Part shown: piece after piece, positions 22,751 to 36,200 of the stretch
Layout of the letters: the number at the start of each line of letters is the position of its first letter
How positions within the stretch are numbered: position 1 is the stretch's first letter
Assembly (NCBI RefSeq): GCF_006345805.1
Contig: NC_043003.1
Location: forward strand, 27,342,001 to 27,406,000
DNA from: Octopus sinensis
Lineage: Eukaryota
Direction of reading: 5' to 3'
DNA: 64,000 bases
Translations under genes and position numbers: made by a program
The notes under the pieces: model-generated
The model's database searches: none
Seen by the model: only the letters and a program-made list of their open reading frames with translations
Told to the model about the DNA's origin: nothing

Positions 22751-23245
22751 CCAAGCACATGATCTCAGATCAAGTCACTTGTTATGCAAGTACATCTTCA
22801 GAAATAGAAAGATTATCTCTATGAAATATTATATTGCTTTAATTGAAATGAAAATAAAATTTTGTATTGACACTGATCAGCTCTCACATACATATAGTGT
22901 GTTCAATAATGTACCTAACACAGAAAGACATGCACACTGACACATATACACACTCATACATTCACAGTCATATACAAAATATGATGTTGTGGTGGTGGTA
23001 GTGGTTAGAATTAAAAGTAAAAGTATAAAAGTGAAACAATATAGCACATTACAATATAGATGTTATTCTTTCACTTTTATTCTTTGACTTTTGACATGTA
23101 ATACAGAATCAGGGCTAATGTTGCATTGCTTTAATCCCCCAAAAATTGCATGTTGACACTCATGGGGTCTGATAGTAGTATTGTCATGTAAAATTTGATT
23201 TGATTTGGTTGAGCCGTTTGAGAATGCATTGGAAACAGAGAGAAT
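21183..23245 (+). repeat. Diverged direct duplication (21183-21935 and 22766-23245)
   Basis: Colinear blocks cagatcaa.tcacttgtt.tgcaagtacatct... through ...gagaatgcattgg. Confidence 0.8.
22091..22255. repeat. Fold-back inverted repeat, ~72-bp arms
   Basis: Arms 22091-22162 and 22184-22255. Confidence 0.9.
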
Positions 23246-23629
23246 ATATATGGACAGATAATAATATATATAGATAATGTACTGTTGTGTGATAGAAAAT
23301 ACAACAAAAATGCATTCCATCCAGTGAGAGATAAGTATTATGTATTTAAAGGGCACAGTACATGTCTTTAAGTGCTACAAATAGTTTCATATGTTGAGAA
23401 ATACTCAAATATATATTCTTCAGGCACAAACCACATATCATAATGAAATTTAAAAAATTGAATAATAGAAGAAATGCAAAAAACTGAGCAAGCAGTTTAT
23501 AGAAAATGCAGAAAATTAAAAAATGGAAATGTTAAATGGAAAACAAAAACAGAAAAAGTAAAAAGTAAAAGGTAAAAGAGCTATCCCCCTTAGACCTTAA
23601 ATCAAAAGGCAGGAAAAATATCAACAGTC

Positions 23630-24330
23630 AGGTGCATTCCAGAAGTTTTGAGACTTTATGAGAGGCAATATTTATTAATTTCAAAGAAGTACAAAATTCT
23701 CATTTCCTTCAAAGTAGGATCTCCTGATTTTAATGCACTTGTTGTGGCACTCCAGTTACTTTGTGAAGACCCCATAGAAGTACTTCAAAGTGAAAGTGTC
23801 CAGGGTTCTTATCACAGCCTCCTTCATCATCTCCTCCTGCTTGGAGAATAACCAAAAGTCACAGGGAGCAAAGTCTGGAATTTGGGGGGAATGAGGGACA
23901 GTTTGGTGCCTGTCTCTGTCAGATAGTAAGTTGCCAGGATGGAATTGTGAACTGGAGCTTTGTTCTGGTACAAATTCAACCAATTCTTGTGTGGGTACCA
24001 CCAATCCTGGTACAGGTGCTCTGGAATTTGTGATGAAATCTCTTCCTGAACACCTTTAAAAACCTCCACAAAGTACCCTTTGTTGAGTCTGACCAGAGGA
24101 AGCCCAGTGGATGTTGATGTTGCTCTTGATACCAAAAAAAAAAAAAAGGAGGATCATCATTAGCTTCCCTGTGGACTTGCTTTGCCTGATCTCTTGTGCC
24201 TACAAGAACAGATGACTCAGCTCATACATGTTAATCCATAAGCAGTGCTGAACATTTCATATGTTTTTGTGGTGTTTTTACTCAGTTTAACACAAAACTT
24301 CATTGTAGAGCAAGATTCTAAATTGTCTTC
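23630..24330 (-). mobile_element. Degraded mariner transposase
   Basis: QNKAPVHNS and PDFAPCDFWLFS motifs on the minus strand. Confidence 0.75.
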
Positions 24331-24534
24331 ACGTCCCAACTGCATTCTGCCAACTAGTTACCTTTTAAAGTGCTGTTAGAGCTGTCTCTTTCAATAATAA
24401 AAGTTGGTAGGTCAGTTTGTTTCTAACTGTTTAGTAATGATATACTAAAGTTACAATAATCTTGGTCAGTTATAATTGCCTTTCCTTAAAAAAAGTTTCC
24501 TAATTTCTAATTGCACCTCAATTATATATACACA

Positions 24535-24713
24535 CATGAGAGGGATGACCACTATGTAGATAACCCTTATGCTAGAAGTAGATCCGCTATGGTCTTACCA
24601 CTAAGAAATTTAGCAAACAACCAAATTTTTCTTGAGAACATTTCTTAGTGGTAAGACGATAGTGGATCTACTTCTAGCATAAGGGTTGTCCACATAGTGG
24701 TCATCCCTCTCAT
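24535..24713. repeat. Fold-back inverted repeat, ~75-bp arms
   Basis: Arms 24535-24609 and 24640-24713, TA-rich flanks. Confidence 0.9.
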
Positions 24714-24823
24714 ATGTATATAATACAATTTTACTGAAACTTCAGATTTTTATATGCTAGACCACTGGTGTGAAATTGATGCTAATTAAATTAATATCAA
24801 ATTTCTCACCCTCATTTTAAATT

Positions 24824-24874
<51 letters not shown>

Positions 24875-25267
24875 CACCAGTGATGTGCCACCTAGGTAGG
24901 CAGTGCCTATCTTGAATAAAAAAGATTGATGGCAATATTTTTTTTTTATGGTCAAATACTCACTTAATTCAATAAAATTATGAAGGTTAGTCTGATTACT
25001 GTGCATAAAATGCAAAATGATTTATTTTTTTAGTAGATTAGGTAGGCACAATTCATCCTTGGTTTTCAGTCTTAGCATTTAATCTACGCATAGTACTGCA
25101 GTAGAACACATACTGTATTCTACAACACCATTTTCTTTACGTGCTATAAAAGCAGAAATAGATCTACCTTCAACACAGTCGTGTGCCTGTGTTCTGCTTA
25201 TTTTTATGTGTTTTACTACATAAAGGTTGTAAACTGCCTACCTTTAGTAATTACTGACGGCACGTGC

Positions 25268-25304
<37 letters not shown>

Positions 25305-25310
<6 letters not shown>

Positions 25311-25545
25311 CGTAAAAAGCACCAACCAATCATGGCCGCAGCCAGCCTCCCCTAGCACCTGTGCCAGTGGCACGTAAAAAGCATCCACTACACTCACAGA
25401 GTGGTTGGTGTTAGGAAGGGCATCCAGCTGTAGAAACACTGCCAGTTCAGACTGGAGCCTTCTGCAGCCTCCTGGCTTCCCAGACCCCGGTTGAACCATC
25501 CAACCCATGCTAGCATGAAAAACGGACGTTAAACGATGATGATGC
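25305..25545 (+). mobile_element. RTE 3' UTR fragment
   Basis: Matches 49010-49192; ends ggacgttaaac(gat)n. Confidence 0.85.
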
Positions 25546-25675
25546 ATGGATTATATTCAAAACTTTTAGGATGTGATGATAAAGTAAGGTAAGGAAAGCT
25601 GTTGGGTTTCATAGCTCAAAAGTAGATATAAATTATGCACTTTGCTTATTAAAAGTTTTCCTGTATTTATGATTT

Positions 25676-26313
25676 ACTGGAAAGGCAAAGTCAACCTCAG
25701 CAGAATTTGAACATAAAGACATTTGAAATGCTGTTTAGCATTCTGCTCCACATGCTAACAATTCTGCTAACTTGCCACCTTAAATAATAATAATAAAGGT
25801 TTCAAATTTTGGCACAAGACTAGCAGGTTTGGGGAATGGGGTAAGTCAATTACATGGACCCTCAGCATGTTTATTGGCATTTATTTTATCGACCCCCCAA
25901 AAAGATGAAATGCAAAGTTGACTTTAGCAGAATTTGAACTCAGAACTCAAATCTGGAAGAAATGCTGCCAGGCTTTTATCTGGCATAGTAACAATTCTGC
26001 CAGCATGCAACTTTAAATAATTATAATAATCCTCTCTACTAAAGGCAGAGGGCCTGAAATTTCAGAGGAGGGGGTGGCTAGTCAATTACATCGACCCCAG
26101 TATGTAACTGGTGCTTACTTCATTGACCCCAAAAGGATGAAAGGCAAAGTCAACTTCAGCAGAATTTGAATTCAGAATATAAGGACAGACAAAATGCTAA
26201 GAATTTTGCCTTGCGTGCTAATGATTCTGCTGGCTCACCACCCTAAATAATAATATTAATAATAATAATAATAACAACAACAACAACAATAATGATGATG
26301 ATAATAATAATGG

Positions 26314-26346
<33 letters not shown>

Positions 26347-26979
26347 CAAATTTTGGCACAAGGTCAGCAATTTTGGACATATTCAACTGGTATATATTTT
26401 ATCAATGATGATGGAAGGATGAAATACAAAGTTGACCTCAGCAGGATTTTGAACTGAGAATGTTAAGATGGATTGCCACTTAGCATTTCACCTGGCATAG
26501 TAACGATTCTATCAGCTTGCAGATTTAATAATAATAATAACCCTTTCTGCTATAGGCACAAAACCTGGATTTTTGTGGGGAGTGGGACAATCGATCACAT
26601 CAATCCCAGTACTTGACTGGTGCTTAATTTATTGACTCCAAAAAGATGAAAGGCAAAGTTGAGTTCAGTGGAATTTGATCTCAGGATTTTGCAATGGGCG
26701 AATTACTGCTAAGCATTTTGTCCAGCATGCTAATGATTCTGCCAGCTCGCTGCCTTAGACTTAATAATAATAATAATCCTTTCTACTATAGGCACATTTG
26801 GTGGGAGGGGATAAGTATATTACATCGACCCCAGTGCATTACTGGTACTTATTTCATCAATCCCGAAAGGATGAAAGACAAAGTCGACCTTGGCAGAATT
26901 TGAACTCAGAATGTAGCAATGGACAAAATACTGCTAAGTATTTTGCCCAGTGTGCTAATGATTCTGCCAGCTTACCACC

Positions 26980-27014
<35 letters not shown>

Positions 27015-27140
27015 TCCTATCATAGTCAGAAGGTAGATGAATAATAGATGATTAAATCTACCCTGGTACTTGTCTGGCACATGTTTTGTTGTCTTTGAGT
27101 GATAAAAGGGTGAAGTTGACATTAGTTAAATCTGAACTGG
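25676..27140 (-). mobile_element. Head-to-tail array of ~7 diverged SINE copies
   Basis: Repeated core aaaggatgaaaggcaaagtc.acct..gcagaatttgaac separated by (AAT)n tracts. Confidence 0.85.
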
Positions 27141-27564
27141 AAACTAAACAATTTGGTGGATTCTTGGTCAGTTTTGATCAACTGAATGTCTGTCTTGCAA
27201 AATTAATGTATAACTGGCTGAGTACTCCACAGACATGTGTAGCCTTAACATAATTCTCAGGTAGTATCAGCATGAAAAAGTGTAACAAAGTTGGACCTTT
27301 CAATTGCCTTTCAAGTTGGACATTTCAATTGCCGGTACAATCTGTCCACACAGCTTCCATCTTCCCAGTTTTGCTCACAAGACAATGAGCTGCTCTGAAG
27401 TTATGGCAAAGATATTTGGCCAAAATGCCATAGTGTGGGGTTGAATCCAAATTCTCATGGCTGTGAAACAAACTTCTGGACCATTCAACCAAATTTCTAA
27501 AAAAAAGTTGACTGTATTTAATAAATAGATAACTAATTAATAGTTGTGATATATATATATATAT

Positions 27565-27770
27565 ATCATCATCATTTAATGTCCGCTTTCCTTGCTGGCA
27601 TGGGTTGGACAATTTGACTGGGGACTGGTGAACCAGATGGCTGCACCAGGCTCCAATCTGATCTGGTAGAGTTTCTACAGCTTGATGCCCTTCCTAACAC
27701 CAACCACTCTGTGTAGTGGATGCTTTTACGTGCCACCAGCATGAGGGCCAGTCAGGCGGTACTGACACAC
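27565..27770 (-). mobile_element. RTE 3' UTR fragment
   Basis: Reverse complement of the RTE tail with (cat)n. Confidence 0.8.
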
Positions 27771-29169
27771 TCAATATACAATACAATATATAAATATGTA
27801 ATATACAATGTATTTCTTGAAATTCTTCAAAATAATATTTATACCTACTTATCTTACACGAGGAATTACTTTGGTGGTTCAGCAGAAAACCATTATACAA
27901 TGACAATTAAATAATTTCTCATATTTACTCATCCTTCAACCTCTGAATTTGTTTCCTTATAACTTTCCTGATACTTTCATAATATTATTGGGCAAGTTAT
28001 ATTACAAAAGTTTGCTGTTTCTTGAACATTGTTTCTTTAATTTAATGGATGTACTTTTGTAAATATGATAATGGAGAAATATTAGTCTGTTCATTATCTT
28101 CTTACACAACCTTACTTACATTGTGAACAACACCACAATAAATCAGAATTATATTTGTCCTGGGCAACACTTGTGCACTGCATTTGGTGGTGAGTTTCAG
28201 AAATTCAGTTGTTATGGGGAGTATAGAGTAGCTCCTGAATCATAACTACTCCTAAGTCTGTTCTGGTTCAGGGTGGTAGTACTTGCAAGGGCCCTGGTAA
28301 TGGATCAAATAGCAGAAGATGATACTTAGTCATGCGGGTTTTAGAGCGGAGGATTGGCCTCTAGATATGTGAATATGGCCTAATGACATGTGAACCAGTT
28401 CCCCTTTTGAAATTTAGCATTCATTTCAACATTTTGTGTAACCATTAAGGCATTTGATAGAAGTTAAAATTATAATTATTGAATGTCTGCCATATCTCCC
28501 CATGGTGACAAATGTACACAACCAAAATTCCCTAGAATGTGATGAATACCATTTGAGATCTAAAAAAATGTCTCACCAACATAATCATTATCTGGATGAA
28601 TCTAGGTCAAAATTTTCCATCATAACATTTTGGTTGTTCAATCAATTGAGCTGCCTGGCTTAGTGAATTGACATGCAGGTGATTGAGTATTCCATTGATA
28701 TGTGTATCCTTAATGTAATTCTCAAGTAGAATTAACATGATACAGTGTGTGACAAAGCTGGACTTTTAAATAACAGGTACAATCTCGTCCCACAAGCTTC
28801 CATATAGTTTCTATCTACTGGGTTTCTACCACAATGTACGAGTCAACCCAGCACTCTAAGGAAATGACGTATAACTACACATTGTTGCCTCTCGACCGAA
28901 TTGGTTTCCCGATAACTTTCTAAAGAATGTACTTTTTTTTCATACAATTTTAGAGATAACTGTCTTTGAATGGCTTAATTTTAAATGGTATTTTCTGGAA
29001 ATGTGTTTTCTAGCAGTGTAAATTACGTAACACTTGTCTTTCAAACATAAAATTTGGAAAAACGCAAGTGTGAAAGTGAAAATGTTTAAGTGATGAAAAT
29101 TGGTTGTAACAAACAGCAAGAATGAACAAGAAGTCCGATCCAAAACACTTCTTAAAAATATTATTCTCA

Positions 29170-29845
29170 AGATTTAATCAAATAATCGTAACATACATCT
29201 CCGAAAATGGAAAGACTTCCGCCCGTCCCCTACCCCATTTTCTCGCAAATTAGTTTATTTTTTAAGTTTTTTTTGTCCAAAACCCCGTTTTCGGATATGG
29301 AGGTTCCGAAAAATTGCCAAAAATCGGCATTGTCAAATTTCCCCCATCCCCCACCCCAAGTCTTTAATTTTTACTTTTTTCCCCCAACACTAACCCTAAC
29401 CCTAAAATCTTAACCCTACCCCTAAAACCCTAACCTAAAGCCCTAAAACCATAACCCTAACCGTAACTACAGAAATGTTTCGAAATTTTTGTCCGAATCA
29501 TCATGTCCGCCGTTTTCTGCATATTTAGAATTTTAAAAAGTTCTTTAAAAAAGATTTTACAAAGATTTTTGTAAATTTTTTTCAGAAATCATAATCTTCG
29601 TATTTTCCGCATATTTAAAGAAAAATCTGAAAATAGTAAAAAAAAATGAAGGAAATGGGGGCGGGTAATTTAAAAATGCGAATTTTTGCCAATTATTTTG
29701 CAGATTCGTATTCCCCGAAGCCGAAAGTGTGGGGGGGGGCGAAAAAATTAAGAAAACGGTGGTTGGGTGGGGGACGAACAGAAATCTTGCCCCGAAAATA
29801 TAAGCATTTTCTACAAAATTACAAGGAAACAAATCCGGAGAGTGA
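29170..29845. mobile_element. Old fold-back element with CCCTAA-like core
   Basis: Degenerate ccctaa run at 29390-29462; loosely inverted flanks. Confidence 0.4.
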
Positions 29846-30907
29846 GGTACCTAACAGTCAGTAGATGTACCAACAATGATAGTTGCCCAAGCAACAGTGT
29901 AGCGAAATTGAAACTGAGTTCTCAGGTTTAAGAAACGACCTTCATAACAGTTTGATCACACTGAACCTATTATAAACAAGTTTTCATGCTACGAATCGAA
30001 CACGGACCGCCTTGTTAGAAAGCCATGAACCGTCATTTGCTCCTTTGAAAACGTGTCGTTACAAGATTTCATTAAAAAATATATACTGAGAAACACAAGA
30101 CGAAACTAAGTCGAGGTGAAGCACTGAAATGTTGTTATGCCTTTAACTCCATGTTATTATTTCTTCTACTTTCTAAATGATATAAGCCTAAGCGAAATTA
30201 CTAGCTGTTTGTTTAAAAACCAATAAACACAGAGAGAACTCTTTTGGTACTCAAAATATACGTCTTCAACGTTTCTTACATTTAATGCCAGTCCTGTGAA
30301 AGCTGATCTACGAGCAAAAATGTTTCTATTAGGATCAGATTATTTAATGTATCCTTTTTCCTTTTCTTTAACACAATGCAGATTTGACTGCTACTTTTAG
30401 CGGTTTGAATAACCACATAGTATTGACTCACAATTAGGAGTGACAACTCCGTAAGGAAAGAGAATGCTTTATTTTTCATATCACAAGGGCGAAGTTTATT
30501 ATTTTTTTTAATTATAAAATATATCAGAAAAGCAAGAAAATGTTTCCGATACGACTTATGAGATTTATGATAACTAAAAAAATAATTAATTTAGTAAAAT
30601 TTTTATAAAGAGTGGTGAGAATAGTCACGTGGACATTACGCACCTGACCGTCGTAATTCGTATTTTCCATTCACCTTTATTATCAAATTAACATAATTAC
30701 AGATTACGTTTAGGATAATATCATAAAAAAAAAAAGAGATATCCAGACTAAAAGGATTAAATAAAACAGCTAATGTGAAATAAAATAAAGGATATTACAA
30801 TATATTTAAGAACTAATTAAATATATACGAATAATATTATTGCTAAATCAGTCGGTGTACAAAAGTGAAGTGTGTATAGATACCTCTATGGGAACACTGT
30901 ACCGGTT

Positions 30908-31097
30908 ATCGCTTCTCGGCCTTTTGGCTAAGATCAAAGTGTAGTATCTGTTCTTATCAGCTTAATATCTGATACGGTCCCTATTTGGGACCATCGATAT
31001 TAAACTGATTTTTAGAACGAGGCGAAGAGTTAGGGGCTTGCTCCGCCTTTGCCACGGGTTGGCCTGGTATAGCAGTACTTCCAGGATTCAGCCCACC
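30908..31097 (+). ncRNA. U2: U2 spliceosomal snRNA, full length
   Basis: ATCGCTTCTCGGCCTTTTGGCTAAGATCAAAGTGTAGTATCTGTTC 5' end; branch-point pairing GTAGTA; stem IIb GGTCCC/GGGACC; Sm site ATTTTTAG; stem-loop IV CCTGG/CCAGG; no poly(A) tail or TSD. Confidence 0.97.
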
Positions 31098-31123
31098 TCC
31101 CACTAGGGAGATAAAATTAATCC

Positions 31124-31132
31124 AAAAACAGA
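31124..31132 (+). terminator. Possible snRNA 3' box
   Basis: aaaaacaga ~27 nt after U2, resembling the AAAARNNAGA part of the vertebrate 3' box. Confidence 0.3.
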
Positions 31133-32564
31133 CAATTGATTACCTCTCTTCTCTGAGGGGTTTATTTACAGACTCACATTTTTGTGTTTCGTGACTATCA
31201 TGTCAAATAACCTGACTATGACGAGTTTTCATTCAAATATCAATGAGGGGGAACTTTACTTCTCATATTTTCGGGGTCATTATTGTAAAGTGCCAGTTTA
31301 CTACTGGCCTCTACTCTCTAACCCAGCTTATGCTGCTCAGAAACATTTAAGATGGAGATTTGGTGCATAGATTAACATGCAAAATTACAAAACAACTATA
31401 ATATGGTCACTCAATTCCTAGAAATAATGGCCAAAACGTGTCACACACAAGGGCTCAGGAACAAGTGATGCACCTCTTGAAATTTTGTGGGGTACAAATT
31501 TCAGTATTGAACCCCCTACTTACCTTTCCCAGGCTTAGAAAAAATAAATTCAAAAGAAAATCCCTACAAATATATATTACTGAACTAAAGCATCTTCAAC
31601 ATTAAAAAATTGAATTATAATATAACAACCACAGCCACTCCTCAATACTACCACAATTGATAAACTATTAAACTCCACAATCAAGAGCCCTTCACTGTGT
31701 AGTTATCCAGTTTCTCATTTCCTTGAAATACCACAAGTGATCCATCTTTGTCATTATGTTCTACTGCTATTACCCTTACCACAGCTAAACAATAAGATCA
31801 GTATTGGCAGTCACTCTTCAATACTAGAACAATTGATGACCTATTAAACAGCACAATCTCTAGCTCTTCTCTACTGTCAGGCCAGGCCATTCAAATTCTT
31901 CTCAGAATAACACAAGAGATCTATCAGCACCATTGTCATCTTATTCTACTGCTACTACTCCAATTAGTGAAGAACCACACCCCCACCACTATCCACCTCA
32001 ATCTGAATCTATACCTGTCCACTCTATGATAAATCTGCTAACTTTAAATAAAGTAAAATTATGAACCCCAAATATGCCGCTATTCTCAACATGAGAGACC
32101 ATGCATGTGCAGTGACTGTAGCTTCACCCATTTACTTCGGACAAGATGCACAATTCATACAAACAATACCAGCCAATGTCAAACCACACAGCTTAACAAC
32201 ACCACTACCAAATGTTAAATCACACTTAATAACTTCTGCACATGTAACCCGGAATCCTAAACTTTTTCCTATTCCCATTCACTCGTCTTCCAGGGACTCG
32301 ATGCACTAGTAAAAGCATGGCTTCAAACCACCACCAGATCCACAGGAGAGACATCCCTTATAGTGGCAGTGTTGGTTCAAACTTTCATCAAAACCCAGAA
32401 GTCAACCAGATATCTACTATAAAATTAACAGCCGCAAACCATATACTATAGCCATATTCAACAGTGCAACCATATCAACTCCAAACAACAACCCCTCCCA
32501 AAACAAAAGAATTCTGTTTTGGTCATTATGAATCGGGCAAAAAAATAGTAAAATAATAAGAATG

Positions 32565-32830
32565 AAATTATTGTATACAGTGCTCAGGTGCACCACAACT
32601 TGTCAAAAGTGCGTATAAAGCATATGCAGTAATGTACAAATGTCTGGAAAGTGAACTGTGTATGAGTCAGATACATGCTTGTGTGTGTATGGAGGGGAGA
32701 AAATCAAGTGTAGTGTTGGCGAATCTCAGGAAGCATGGAAGTTTTGACAAATGCAGAGCTCCGACAACTAACAACTGATGCTGGCAGTTTGTTCCATACT
32801 TCAGCAACTCTTAGTGTGAAAAAATGTTTC
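32565..32830 (-). mobile_element. CR1-like 3' fragment
   Basis: Same tail as 34690-35030 and related to 41595-41700. Confidence 0.75.
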
Positions 32831-32999
32831 TGAATGTACAAGATCTTTCACATTTCAGATATCGAGCAAAAGTATCATATCTTAGGGCTTCATTTCTATC
32901 TACCAAATTCACTGAGATGGCTTTGGTCGACCTGAAGGTGTTATGCAGCGGGACTGAACCCAGAACCATGTAATTGGGAGGTTTCAGTCATAGGACAGT

Positions 33000-33520
33000 A
33001 GCCATGGTGGAGTACCACTTTAACTTATTTTCTATCAGCTTTGTTATCACTTTATGACAGGAAGTTGGTCTATGATTGAGTTGGGAGTAGCTGATCTTTT
33101 GTGAATGCATCCTTCAATGGTTGACTAGTTCAGTATTATTGTTAGGAGTTTACCCAATGTTTTCTTTTGGTTTAATGTTTCAATAGAAGTCTCTTTTATA
33201 TTTCTAATTACTTTAGGCAAGCAGTTGAACAGTTGAGGACCTCTTGATATCAGACTGGTACAAAAAAATGTTTTTGCTCATGATTTCGAAGGTGGAGCAA
33301 ATCTTCAGAGGGTCCCTGCCTGCACACTGGATGGTAAACTGTACCGCTCAATCCATAAATTGAGTCAGGCGGAGCAGACTTAGAATTATCAACTTAGTGT
33401 TGACACGCTTGGTATAAAGGGCCTACCTTGTCTCACAAGGCACTGCCTGTGTCACATTGTGAGAGCTTTAAAGAAGGACGCATTTGAAAATATAGTCCAA
33501 GATACACTTCATTTAGAATA
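33000..33520 (-). mobile_element. Degraded CR1/L2-group LINE tail
   Basis: GPQLFNCLPKVIRN motif on the minus strand, related to 51190-52560. Confidence 0.6.
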
Positions 33521-33914
33521 ATGGTGGAATTCTCATTACTGTGTTTGTTGATGTTTCATTAGAGCTAGTCTGGAACAACAACAGCAGCAGCAATGGCAAC
33601 AGCAACAAAAACAACAACAACAATAAAAGGAGCATTAGCTAATGAAGGAGTGTGCAGGTTAACTACAACTTGTTAGAAATAGTAGTTGACTTTCCCTCAA
33701 AGAACACTGTATCTAAAGAAAAAACAAACACAGAAAAATGTAATTTTAGATGCACTGCCTCTTAAACAAAATAGATGGTGTGGTCACAGCTGGAATGCTT
33801 TTGATCATAGTTTTACTCAAGACTGACCTGGGCTGAAAGATGAAAACAAGTTAAAATAACCTATATGTGCACACATGTACAAGCATCCACACATACACAT
33901 ATACACACTTGTAT

Positions 33915-34320
33915 ACTCTTTACTCTTTTGTTACTCTTTTACTTGTTTCAGTCATTTGACTGCAGCCATGCTGGAGCACCGCCTTTAGTCGAGCAAATCG
34001 ACCCCGGGACTTATTTTTTGTAAGCCCAGCACTTATTCTATCGGTCTCTTTTGCCAAACCGCTAAGTGACAGGGACATAAACACACCAGCATCGGTTGTC
34101 AAGAAATGCTAGGGGGACAAACACAGACACACAGACATATACACACACATACATATATACGACAGGCTTCTTTCAGTTTCCGTCTACCAAATCCACTCAC
34201 AAGGCATTGGTCGGCCCGGGGCTATAGCAGAAGACACTTGCCCAAGATGCCATGCAGTGGGACTGAACCCAGAACCATGTGGCTGGTAAGCAAGCTACTT
34301 ACCACACAGCCACTCCTGTA
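33915..34320 (-). mobile_element. Near full-length tRNA-derived SINE
   Basis: Head ggagtggctgtgtggtaag...ggttcagtccc, central (CA/TA)n, common tail. Confidence 0.9.
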
Positions 34321-34689
34321 GTCAATCATTTAGATATATGCATACATACATATATATATACATACATACATACATACATAGTGCATACATACATTTGTAT
34401 ATAGATACACACAAACAAACTTACATAACATGGATTCATAAACGGACAAGAACAAAACAGGCACATAAACACATATATAAAGATAACAGAACTACAGATA
34501 AATGCACTTATGGTCAAATGCATGTGCAAACACATCTTACATGCATAAGCAAACATACGTGAATGTGTGTAAGTGCATACATGAATATACATAAATGTAA
34601 ACTACTACCCCATAAAGCAATAAATACATAAACATATATATATACTGAAACACACACGCACACAAACATATAATAATAATAATAATAAT

Positions 34690-35030
34690 GAAATTATTGT
34701 ATACAGTGCTCAGGTGCACCACAACTTGTCAGAAAGTGCATATAAAGCATATGCAGTAATGTACAAATGTCTGGAAAGCGAACAATGTATGAGTCAGATA
34801 CATGCTTGCGTGTGTATGGAGGGGAGGAAATCAGGTGTAGTGTTGGCGAATCTCAGGAAGCATGGAAGGTTTGAAGGATGCAGTGCTCCGGCAACTAACG
34901 ACCAATGCCGTCAGTTTGTTCCATGCTTCAGCAACTCTCAGCGTGAAAAAATGTTTCCTAAAGTCATGGGAGCTGTGCTGTTTTCTGACTTTGTAAATAT
35001 GTCCATGGGTGGAGTTTGAAAAGGTGCTCA
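34690..35030 (-). mobile_element. CR1-like 3' fragment
   Basis: THGHIYKVRKQHSSHDFRKHFFTLRVAEAWNKL. Confidence 0.85.
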
Positions 35031-35503
35031 GAGTTATTGTTTGTAAGTGATGTATATACATACATACATTGACATGCGCATAAACAAACCCCTCCAAACC
35101 AGCAAACATACATATACACATGCGTGTTCATGCATGCACACGCACATACAAATACTCGTACACTCACACACATATGAACAAAAATAACCCTTGAAACAAT
35201 AAATATACAAATACAAACACATATATGGGTACACACACATACGCTCGCACGTACATGCAAATGCAAATATGAGTGCATTTGATCAAACACTAATGTACAA
35301 AGATACACACATGCACACACACACACCAACAAATATGCATAAACAATGTGCCTATACCCATACAATATATGTGTGGGTACTGGAGCAGGCGTTGCTGTGT
35401 AGTATGAAGTTTATTTCCAAACCACATGGTTCCATGTTCTTGGGCATTTTCTACTATAGCTTTGGGCAAACCAAGGCCTTATGAGTGGATTATGTGTTTG
35501 TGC

Positions 35504-35534
<31 letters not shown>

Positions 35535-35849
35535 TATGTGTATGTGTTAGTGTGTGTGTTTGTATGTGAGTGCCTGTCCTCCAACTTACCACTTATAACT
35601 GGTGTTGTTTACGTCCCCATAACCAAGCAGTTTGGCAAAAGATGTAGATACAATAAGTACCAGGCTTTTAACATGGTACTGGAGTCGATTCATTCATCAG
35701 GGTCTGTCTGTAGCAGAAGTGATTTACACTGTTGTTATGTGTGAGATGTATTTGTTTTGATTCATCTAGGCTTAAGTACTCGAATATCAGCTCCACAAGC
35801 CCTATTCGTTCTAGCAGGTCACATGACCTGGTGATTAACTGAACCTCTT

Positions 35850-36200
35850 GTTTGTATTGGTCGGTTTCCAGCTGTCCAATTGTGTTGGCACAACAGTTCA
35901 TTTTTCCTTACCCAGGAAATTAATCACCAGCTCCAGGGAGCCTACTGATCTCTATAAGAATGGGAGTTCTCAACTGCTATAGGTCTTTGGCATGCACCAC
36001 TGACCTCATGCAACTTGTCTTGGACAACAGGACAAAGATGTATCTGACACCAGCCATTCTCTGCTTTCATCTATGCCAGACACCTGCCTACATTGTTGTT
36101 GTATGAAGACCAAATGACCAACAGACCAATGGCTGCCTGTACACACCACCAAACAGTATGTCAATAGTACATCTACTGGATCAAGCATGAAGTCCCTCAC
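35850..36200 (+). mobile_element. Highly degraded RLE-type LINE fragment (zinc knuckle region)
   Basis: Remnants resembling QDQ...C..C...H...GC...KQY; heavily frameshifted. Confidence 0.35.

Noticed and set aside
30908-31097. U2 as a target of a site-specific retroelement such as Utopia or Keno
   Set aside because: U2 is uninterrupted and the RLE fragments are over 10 kb away.
32061-32309. Cys/His-containing ORF, possible LINE ORF1 zinc knuckle
   Set aside because: Spacing does not fit a CCHC motif convincingly; too degraded to call.
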